A stretch of DNA of 13,564 bases from Octopus sinensis (GCF_006345805.1 NW_021826141.1:1-13564); one strand, 5' to 3'. Counted from the stretch's first letter, positions 1 to 7,283 are shown. Notes: generated by a model not told the origin, from the letters alone. Numbers and translations: made by a program.

Positions 1-514
1 TCGATGGCCGGCAACCGACGTTGAGGATTTCCTTGGCGTTCATTTAGTTGTTTATTTAATATATTATTTCTAATATATTTATTTAATATAAGCCTTCGTT
101 TACGGATGTCAGTGTCTTTGATACAGCAGTCTCTACCAGCAAAAACCTGCATCTGATCGCCGAGTTTCAAGCACAAACTGCTGTCATAAGAAGGTAGACT
201 CCTCTATGTTTCTCACCTTTCGTCTCTTTCTCTCTCTCTCTCTTTTCTATCTTTTCTGTCTGTCTCACATTCTTGCCCACTCGCTCACAAGCGCACATGC
301 ACACACAGACCTTTATACGTACGCATGCACTAACTCTCACACGCAGTTTATCTCGTTCTCACAGAGTTCATAATATAGGCGAACATATATATATATATAC
401 AACCATCTAGACATACAATGTGGAGAAGAGAACAGATAGTTAGAGAGAGTGAGAGAGAGACAGAAAGACAAACAGAGTGAGGTGGGAAATGATACACCCA
501 TGCATACATATACG

Positions 515-640
515 AGCCTGTAGAGTAAGAGGTTTGTTTCCCAATCACACGGTTTCGGGTGCATTCCAAATGCGAGCATCTTGGGCAAATGTCTTCTACT
601 ATAGCTCCAGACCGACCAAAGTAGATTTGGCAGGCGGAAA
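515..640 (+). mobile_element. Degenerate SINE-B (tRNA/CORE-type SINE) head and core fragment
   Basis: CATCTTGGGCAAATGTCTTCTACTATAGCTCCAGACCGACCAAAG...GATTTGGCAGGCGGAAA aligns by eye with the better copy starting at 9200 (GGCACCTTGGGCAAGTGTCTTCTACTACAGCCTCGGGCCGACCAAAG...GATTTGGTAGACGGAAA). Confidence 0.7.
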
Positions 641-647
641 TACATAC

Positions 648-809
648 ATGCAGATTAATTACGGTTCAGTTCAGTCCATTATCACTGAAGATTTGGGTAT
701 GAGACGTGTGTCTGCCAAGTTTGTGCCAAAATTGCTTTCAGCTGACCAAAAAGACACTCGGGTTTCAGTTGCACAAGATCTTGATTGTGCTGAGAACGAA
801 GAAAACTTT
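648..809 (+). pseudogene. Mariner (Tc1/mariner DD34D family) transposase internal fragment
   Basis: Translates to QINYGSVQSIITEDLGMRRVSAKFVPKLLSADQKDTRVSVAQDLDCAENEENF. This is the end of the second HTH, the WVPHEL-equivalent linker (FVPKLL, 720-737) and the helix that precedes the catalytic TGDE motif in mariner transposases. The fragment stops before TGDE. Confidence 0.9.
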
Positions 810-1077
810 GTGTAGGCCTCTGAACAAGTATCGCCAAGCATTTGGCAAAATTTGATGCAGATTCTCTGCTCAACTTTCTCCGTCATGTTCAATGCAACGA
901 TCACACGCTACACACGTTCCTTCCAAGCACTATTGTAAACAGTAGAAGTGAACTAGAACGTTTAAACTTACTGCGCATGCACAGCGGAGTTCAAGGCCAA
1001 TCTTTGCCAAGCGGCTTCACTCTGCGTGCTTTAGCTTCATTACTATGGCAACAGTCCGGATACTTATTGATCAGACC

Positions 1078-1080
<3 letters not shown>
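808..1080 (-). mobile_element. Mariner element A left end: TIR, 5' leader and transposase N-terminus
   Basis: The minus strand reads TA|CATGGTCTGATCAATAAGTATCCGGACTG, a mariner-type TIR ending at 1080 next to a TA. ATG at 886 opens MTEKVEQRICIKFCQMLGDTCSEAYTK, matching the typical mariner N-terminal 'EQRxCIKFC' motif. Confidence 0.85.

Positions 1081-1114
<34 letters not shown>
1081..1114. repeat. (TA)17 microsatellite between two mariner ends
   Basis: Direct reading of the sequence. Confidence 0.98.
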
Positions 1115-1117
<3 letters not shown>

Positions 1118-1139
1118 AAAATAATAATCCATATATATA

Positions 1140-1342
1140 CGAGGAGACGTCAAAAATTATCCGCACTTTCACCATAACATATCTTTATTATTGTCACACT
1201 GCTTTCTGCATATGCGCGCTTATAGTTGTTACTATTGTAGTCACGTGATCGAAGTTTGAGCCTGATCGCGCCATATTTCTGGCTTTACAGTGTAAGCATG
1301 GCCGCTCCACTAGCAATGAGCACCAAAGAAGAACAGGCGGTG
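1140..1342 (+). mobile_element. Mariner element B left end: TIR and transposase N-terminal stub
   Basis: TA (1138-1139) followed by CGAGGAGACGTCAAAAATTATCCGCACT, which shares the TCAA.AA.TATCCG.ACT core with the TIR of element A. ATG at 1298 opens MAAPLAMSTKEEQ-AV, resembling the 'MAAPLxxCTKEEQRAVIRF' type of mariner N-terminus. No right TIR was found in the window. Confidence 0.7.
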
Positions 1343-1480
1343 CACGGCACGACCGCGGAGAGCGCATTCGGCCGAGCGGCAGTGACGACCACGCGGCTGC
1401 GCCCCATAGGAGGAACTCATTTGGCGTCGACCGTCGCCTTAGCCGCGTGAGTAACACACTCGCGGTCGAAATCGCCGCCG

Positions 1481-1643
1481 CCGAAATGCTTAGCGATATT
1501 TCGTCTGTCTTTACGTTCTGAGTTCAAATTCCGCCGTGGTCGACTTTGCCTTTTATCTTTTCGGGGTCGATAAATAAAGAACAAGTTGCGTACTGGCCCC
1601 CTCCCCCAAAATTTCGGACCTTTTCCCTTGAGTAGAAAAGAAA
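1481..1643 (+). mobile_element. SINE-A (tRNA-derived), 5'-truncated, short-tail variant
   Basis: B box GAGTTCAAATTCC, central GGTCGACTTTGCCTTT.ATC.TTTCGGGGTCGATAAAT and tail CCCCTCCCCCAAAATTTCGGACCTT...AGTAGAAAAG. It is the reverse complement of the copies at 3187-4635. Confidence 0.85.
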
Positions 1644-1664
1644 ATACTTGACTGTGTCATACTA

Positions 1665-1762
1665 GACCTTGGCGGGATTTTGAGCTCGAAATATAAAAAG
1701 CCCGAACAAAGACCACAACGCGTTTTGTTCGACGCCCCGACTGAATCTGATAATCTACTGCC
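1665..1762 (-). mobile_element. Diverged SINE-A head fragment
   Basis: GACCTTGGCGGGATTTTGAGCTCGAAATATAAA...TTTTGTTCGACGC...ATCTACTGCC parallels GACCTCGGCGGAATTTGAACTCAGAACGTAA...GCTCGCCGCC of other copies. Confidence 0.65.
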
Positions 1763-1821
1763 ATCACATTATACTTCTATAAATATCAGATGTGGATAAT
1801 ACAAAAACTTATCTTGTATTT

Positions 1822-2163
1822 TCTTATCATTTACTTGTAACTGTTATTTGACTGCGGCCATGCTGGGGTAGCGCCTTGAAGTGTTTAGTCGAATAAATTG
1901 ATACTAGTAATTATCTGTTAAAGATTGGTACTTATTCTGTCCGTCAATTTTGCTGAACCGCTAAGTTACGAGGACGTAGTCGAACCCACAGCGAGTGCCG
2001 AGTGGTGGTAGGGAGACAAACACAAACATACACAAATGCGCACGCACGCACACACACACACACACACGCACGTACACACGTACACACACACACACACACA
2101 TACACACACACACACACACACACGCACGTCACACACACACACACACACACATACACACACACA

Positions 2164-2216
<53 letters not shown>

Positions 2217-2298
2217 TGGGTCTCCGCCTATCAAATTCACTTACAAACCAAGTGGTTTGCGAAGCGAGTTTCTTAACCACACTACCATGGCAGCACCT
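1822..2298 (-). mobile_element. Older SINE-B copy with an expanded internal (CA)n and most of the CORE deleted
   Basis: Tail TTGACTGCGGCCATGCTGGGGTAGCGCC, middle GCTGAACCGCTAAGTTACGAGGACGTA, GGGAGACAAACACAAAC, (CA)n, then ACGATGGG..TCCGCCTATCAAATTCACTTACAA fused to the head remnant AAGCGAGTTTCTTAACCACACTACC. Confidence 0.8.
2036..2213. repeat. Interrupted (CA)n microsatellite of about 180 bp
   Basis: Direct reading; interruptions are GCACGT (2068, 2124) and CAT. Confidence 0.97.
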
Positions 2299-2989
2299 GT
2301 AACATTTCTGAGAGCAATTTTGTAGAATCAGAAAAGAAATACAACCAGACACACTCGAAAACAAAGTCAGAAAAACAAACAAACAAACAAACTCAGACAC
2401 GTACTTTTAGCCAAGCACGTAACGCTCTTGGGAAAATTTATAGGGCGCAATAAATGTTCTCTAAAGTGGTATCGGATTAATATACGATTAACGTATAGTC
2501 AGCAAGGAAAAGCAGAAATAAAATCTGTTAAAGTTATTTTGGGATAATTTTTTTTTTTTTTAGAAAAATAGGTTATTTAGTCATTGAAAATTAATGTTTT
2601 GAGAACATCTGAAGCAGACCGAAAAATCACAAATAAATTTTGATATAACGACGTTCCGTATTTTAGCTTCAATGTGATGTTATGTGTATTGTATTCCATA
2701 AAGTGTGTTTATTGAACAAGGAAGCTGTTTCCAATCAAATAGTTGCTATATATATATATATATATGATATGAACTAAATAGGAACTATTAATATTTGATA
2801 CAGAACAATATAATGTAATACAACAAACAGCACGTAATTAGAAATATGACCTTTTTTATTTGTAATTGCGATATGTAAAGTTGTAGTGTTTACATAAAGT
2901 GCTTCTGATAAATACGTAGTCAGTTAAGCAAAATAGCAATACAACTAGAATCTATTTTTGGTTTAGTTAAAAGAAAATAGGTTTTGGTG

Positions 2990-3075
2990 TCATTGAAAAT
3001 AATGATTGGGTTTCCTTTCATTGAAAATAATGTTTTGGGTTTCCTTTCATTGAAAATAATGTTTCGGGTTTCCTT
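2990..3075. repeat. Tandem repeat, 3 x 28-29 bp (TCATTGAAAATAATGTTTTGGGTTTCCTT)
   Basis: Units at 2990-3017, 3018-3046 and 3047-3075 differ only in the 1-3 nt after AATG. Confidence 0.95.
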
Positions 3076-3186
3076 GGATTTCTAAAAAAATCGAGTAGAC
3101 AGTTTTGAATGCGGAGGAAAATGAGAGACATAAGTTCGAATTCAAATTGAATATCTTGTAATGTTATTTTGAACTTTATAAAATAT

Positions 3187-3392
3187 TCTGATACTAGCAC
3201 AAGACCGAAAATTTCGAGGGGAGGGGAAGCCGATTGCGTCGACTCTCGTGCTCAATTGGTACTTATTTATCGACTCCGAAAGGATAAAAGCAAATTCGAC
3301 CTCGACGGAATTTGAGCTCAGAACATAGGGACGAGTGAAATGTTGCCAAACATTTTGTCCGACACGTTAATGATACTGACAGCTCGCCGCCT
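3187..3392 (-). mobile_element. SINE-A, near full length, short-tail variant
   Basis: The minus strand starts GAGGCGGCGAGCTGTCAG and contains the B-box-like GAGCTCAAATTCC, the central TCGGAGTCGATAAATAAGTACC and the tail CCCCTCCCCTCGAAATTTTCGGTCTTGTGC. Confidence 0.85.
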
Positions 3393-3403
3393 CGAATAAA
3401 CAT

Positions 3404-3463
3404 ATTATAATAATAATAATGATAATAAAAATAATAATAATAATTATAATAATAATAATGATA
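3404..3463. repeat. (AAT)n microsatellite
   Basis: Direct reading. Confidence 0.95.
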
Positions 3464-3468
3464 ACAGT

Positions 3469-3910
3469 GGCTCTCATGGCTTCTGATCTTAACTGATTGG
3501 AAGTGTTATCATGTACATTGTTTTGTCTTGGTATAAAAGATGGGCTACAGCAAATATTCTGCTCAATACCACAGATTTGCTTGTCAGTTGTTTGACCTTA
3601 ACCAGTTGAGCATGTCCCTTAGTGGCTGACGATATGTGCATCTCTGATCACGAGCAGAAGTAGTGGGGGAGCATCATAGCCATGCGTTGAGAGGGATTAT
3701 TTGGGGTTTGAATAATTCACCTCTGGAAACATGGGTGGCTCGTTCAACATCCTTAAACAACTCTTATTCAGGGACCTGAGCGGGATGGGTTACTTGACCA
3801 GAAGAAAATTCCAACTGGGCCCCACTTGCAAGGTCATGTGCTGTTTACCTTGATATGAGATCACCATGTCGCGCATATATGGGTGTGATGCATGTGCCTA
3901 GTGAACCTTC
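3469..3910 (+). mobile_element. Putative 5'-truncated non-LTR retrotransposon 3' region (Dong/R4-like) with (AAT)n tail
   Basis: A 440-bp complex sequence with no recognisable ORF that runs directly into a long (AAT)n and is also preceded by (AAT)n. R4-clade Dong elements are known to target (TAA)n repeats. The clade call is an inference; no reverse transcriptase sequence is present. Confidence 0.45.
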
Positions 3911-3950
<40 letters not shown>

Positions 3951-3979
3951 TAATAATAATAATGATGATGATGATGATA
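3911..3979. repeat. (AAT)n grading into (GAT)n
   Basis: Direct reading. Confidence 0.97.
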
Positions 3980-3983
3980 AGCC

Positions 3984-4195
3984 TTTCCGCTATAGATACA
4001 AGGCCTGGAATTTTGTGGCGGGAACTAGTGGGTTACATTGACCCCAGTGCGTTAACTGGTACTTGATTTACCGACCTCGAAAGGATCTCAGGCAAAGGTG
4101 ACCTCTGTGGAATTTGAACTGAGAATATAAAGATAGACAAACTGCCGCTAAGCATTTGGCCCGGCGTGCTAACGATTCTGTCAGCTTGCTGCCTT
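3984..4195 (-). mobile_element. SINE-A, full length, short-tail variant
   Basis: Head (minus strand) AAGGCAGCAAGCTGACAGAATCGTTAGCACGCCGGGCCAAATGCTTAGCGG, B box CAGTTCAAATTCC and the central domain are all recognisable. Confidence 0.85.
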
Positions 4196-4208
4196 AATAA
4201 TAATAATA

Positions 4209-4240
<32 letters not shown>

Positions 4241-4257
4241 AATAATAATAATAATAT
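4196..4257. repeat. (AAT)n-(GAT)n-(AAT)n compound microsatellite
   Basis: Direct reading. Confidence 0.97.
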
Positions 4258-4258
4258 A

Positions 4259-4422
4259 GTTCAAGTTTTGCCACAAGGGTAGCAATTTTGGGAGAAGGGG
4301 ATGAGTCGTTTACATCGACTCCAGTACACAACTGGTACTTGATTTATCGACCTCAAAAGTATGAAAGACAAAGTCGACCTCGCCGGAATTTGAACTCAGA
4401 ACGTAGCGACATGCGAAATACC
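4259..4422 (-). mobile_element. SINE-A short-tail variant, interrupted at GAAATACC by a long-tail copy
   Basis: Tail, central domain and B box are present; the sequence breaks at ...ATGCGAAATACC (4422). Confidence 0.85.
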
Positions 4423-4635
4423 TATTTCTTTACTACACACAAGGGGCTAAACACAGAGAGGACAAACAAAGACAGACGAACGGATTAAGTCGATTATATC
4501 GACCCCCGTGCGTAACTAGTACTTAATTTATCGACCCCGAAAGGATGAAATGCAAAGTCGACCTCGGCGGAATTTGAACTCAGAACGTAACGGCAGACGA
4601 AATACCGCTAAGCAGTTCGCCCGGCATGCTAACGA
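4423..4635 (-). mobile_element. SINE-A long-tail variant
   Basis: Tail TATTTCTTTACTACACACAAGGGGCTAAACACAGAGAGGACAAACAAAGACAGAC is nearly identical to 7987-8040. It is followed by the central domain, B box and a partial head. Confidence 0.9.
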
Positions 4636-5090
4636 GAAACATTATGGGACAGTAGAGGACAAAACAAAGAATGCTGGCATGTGAATTGTCTTTTCTTGTC
4701 CTTTATTTTCTCTGCTTTCTTTTTTCGCCAGAGTTGGCGAGGAAGAGGGATTCGGCTCGGGCGACGCTATTATGGAGCAGCACATTTAGATGTGCTGTAT
4801 AAGCCTGTATAGTCTTGGGGTACGGTGAAATGGGGGTGGTCCTCTCCGGGCCACGCTTTTAGTGAGGGCGGAGATTTTGAGGTGTGCTGTATAAGTCTAC
4901 ATAGGTGTGGTGGAATGGATGGGGGCACGGCAAACTCAAAGGTTAACCACGGTGGCACTCAGCCTAGCTACGTCACTGGCTAATTAAATGCTAATTCGGT
5001 GATCAGATGATTCCATTGATCCAATACGTAAATACTCATCGTCGTAACCGACCGAGATCCGATAACGCCTGTTTTTTTTTGGGAGGGCAA

Positions 5091-5474
5091 CTCTTTTACT
5101 CTTTTACTTGTTTTAGTCACTTGACTGCGGTCCATGCTGGAGCACCGCCTTTAGTCGAGCAAATCGACCCCAGGACTTATTCTTTGTAAGCCTAGTATTT
5201 ATTCTATGGGTCTAATTTGCCAAACTGCTAAGTTACGGGGACGTAAACACACCAGCATCGGTTGTCAAGCGATGTTGGGGGGACAAACACAGACACATAT
5301 ATACATATACATATATACGACAGGCTTCTTTCAGTTTCCGTCTACCAAATACACTCACAAAGCTTTGGTCGGCCCGAGGCTATAGTAGAAGACAGTTGCC
5401 CAAAGTGCCACACAGTGGGACTGAACCCGGAACCATGTGGTTGGTAAGCAAGCTACTTACCACATAGCCACTCC
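5091..5474 (-). mobile_element. SINE-B, full length (tRNA head, CORE-like domain, internal microsatellite, 3' tail); resembles octopus OR2-type CORE-SINEs
   Basis: The minus strand gives A box TGGCTATGTGG, B box GGTTCAGTCC and the CORE-like GGCACTTTGGGCAACTGTCTTCTACTATAGCCTCGGG (compare MIR core GTGACCTTGGGCAAGT). It ends in an (AGTAAAAG)n tail. The OR2 name is recalled, not searched. Confidence 0.85.
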
Positions 5475-5479
5475 CACTT

Positions 5480-5632
5480 GGGTTCGATTGCAATGCGCAG
5501 CACCTTACTATAGCCCCGGGCCGACCAAAGCCTTCTGAGTGGATTTAATAAAGGGAAACTGAAAGAAACCTGATGTGTGTTTGTGCATGTATGCATGTAT
5601 GTATGTGTATGCGTGTGTATGCATCTGCGCGC

Positions 5633-5666
<34 letters not shown>

Positions 5667-5811
5667 TAGCTAAAAGAACCGACAGAACTAATACTAAATC
5701 TTAAAAAGAAAAAAGTACAAGGCCCGGTTTGTTCGACTAAAAATTCTTGAAGGCGGTACCCCAGCATGGCTGGAGTCCAATGTCTGAAACTAGCGAAAGA
5801 TAAACGATAAA
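5480..5811 (+). mobile_element. Older SINE-B copy with deletions, head-to-head with the previous copy
   Basis: B box GGGTTCGATT, ACTATAGCCCCGGGCCGACCAAAGCCTTCTGAGTGGATTT, internal (TATG)/(TG)n, tail GTTCGACTAAAAATTCTTGAAGGCGGTACCCCAGCATGGC. Confidence 0.8.
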
Positions 5812-6164
5812 ACATGAATGTGTTGTACAAAGTAGAGCTAAACTTAGGCGCAGTGAAGTACTACTCAATCCAAGTGCTCAACGGTTAATTAAATATTAAA
5901 CGGTTTTAACGCGCGGAGAGGAAGAGCGGTGCAAACATGTAAGTACTTTGTAGGTTGTGTAGAAGTTAAGTATATTGCATTACATATGCATGGCTGTATT
6001 CAAAACTTGAAACCCCGCCCTGTCTGGTGTTTTAATGAATTAATTAATATTAAATAGGTATAAAGGAGATGCCAGTCAAACAGGATCTCGTACTATGACA
6101 AATATCGCTTTATGTATATACATATATAATACAACACACACAAACACACACACGGATATATATA

Positions 6165-6576
6165 CTCTTTATACTTTTACTTGTTTCAGTAAGTTGACTG
6201 TGGCCATACTGGAGCACCGCCTTTGGTCGAGCAAATCGACCCCAGGATTTATTCTTTGTAAGCCTAGTACTTATTCTATCGGTCTTTTCTTTTTTTTTTT
6301 ACTGAACCGCTAGATTACGAGGACGTAAGCACACCAGCATCGGTTGTCAAGCGATGTGGGGGGGGGGACAAACACAGACACACAAACATATACATACACA
6401 TACATATAGATACATACATACGACGGGCTTCTTTCAGTTTCCTTCTACCAAATCCACTCACAAGGCTTTGGTCGGCCCGAGGCTATAGTAGAAGACACTT
6501 GCTCAAGGTCCCACGCAGTGGGACTGAACCCGGAACCATGTGGTTGGTAAGCTAGCTGCTGCCACACAGCCACTCC
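6165..6576 (-). mobile_element. SINE-B, full length
   Basis: Colinear and highly similar to 5091-5474. A box TGGCTGTGTGG and B box GGTTCAGTCC on the minus strand. Confidence 0.9.
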
Positions 6577-6681
6577 ATAATACACACGCACACACACACA
6601 CACCCACACATACATACATATATATAATATATATAATATATATATTATATATATATATATATACGTACACACGCACACATA
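6577..6681. repeat. (CA)n/(TA)n compound microsatellite
   Basis: Direct reading. Confidence 0.9.
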
Positions 6682-7005
6682 CGTCCCTTCGCAGTGTTTT
6701 CATGTAGAGGAGAAGGAGTAGGTATCTACTCCCAAATGCATGCGTTCATCAATTTGGCAAGGGGGGAGGGGCGCTTGCATCTATTTGTCTACAGAGAAAT
6801 TTTCCCCATGACAAAATACAGTGAATGGTTTTCTTTCAGGTTTGAATAAGCCTCGATTTTACTTGAACTGGTAGCAAGTTTGTTTGTATGTGTGTCTCTT
6901 CTATTTTTCAAATATTCTAGATCATCCACTGAGGAAGAAGCCGGTTTCCAACAAAGATACAAGGCTCCATCTCTGGGATATAATCAACACAGACAAATTC
7001 ACATT

Positions 7006-7151
7006 TGTGTGTATGTATGTATGTATGTATGTATGTATGTATGTATGTATGTACGTATGTATGCATGTATGTATGTATGTATGTAAGTATGTATGTACGT
7101 ACGCACGTACGTATGCATGTATGTATGTGCTTGTGCGTGTATATATATATA

Positions 7152-7183
<32 letters not shown>

Positions 7184-7200
7184 CTATATATATATATATA
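7006..7200. repeat. (TATG)n followed by (TA)n
   Basis: Direct reading. Confidence 0.97.
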
Positions 7201-7282
7201 CCAAAGTGCCACGCAGTGGAACTGAACTCAGAACCATGTGATTGGGAAGCAAGCTTCTTACCACACAGTCACGCCTGCGCCA
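7201..7282 (-). mobile_element. SINE-B head-only fragment
   Basis: CCAAAGTGCCACGCAGTGGAACTGAACTCAGAACCATGTGATTGGGAAGCAAGCTTCTTACCACACAGTCAC matches 5400-5474. Confidence 0.85.
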
Positions 7283-7283
7283 A

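Noticed and set aside
127-198. Possible small exon (CAG ... AAG|GTAGAC)
   Set aside because: Weak splice signals and no recognisable peptide.
477-815. 112-aa ORF as an intact gene
   Set aside because: It is a chimera of SINE-B sequence and a mariner fragment, and it ends at the inversion junction without the catalytic domain.
1441-1500. HDV-like ribozyme suggested by CTCGCGGTC
   Set aside because: The required P3 pairing, the L3 U-CC and the P1/P1.1 elements could not be assembled on either strand.
1944-2325. ORFs rich in CVCV/HTHT, and similar YIYI/MYVC ORFs at 6445-7889, 8313-8840, 9226-9483 and 10476-11390
   Set aside because: They are translations of (CA), (TA) and (TATG) microsatellites, which lack stop codons in most frames.
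2990-3075. 29-bp repeats as a CRISPR array
   Set aside because: The units are contiguous with no spacers, the context is eukaryotic and there are no cas genes.
5925-5945. CAAACATG overlapping a GTAAGT donor
   Set aside because: A single short motif with no upstream promoter or exon evidence.
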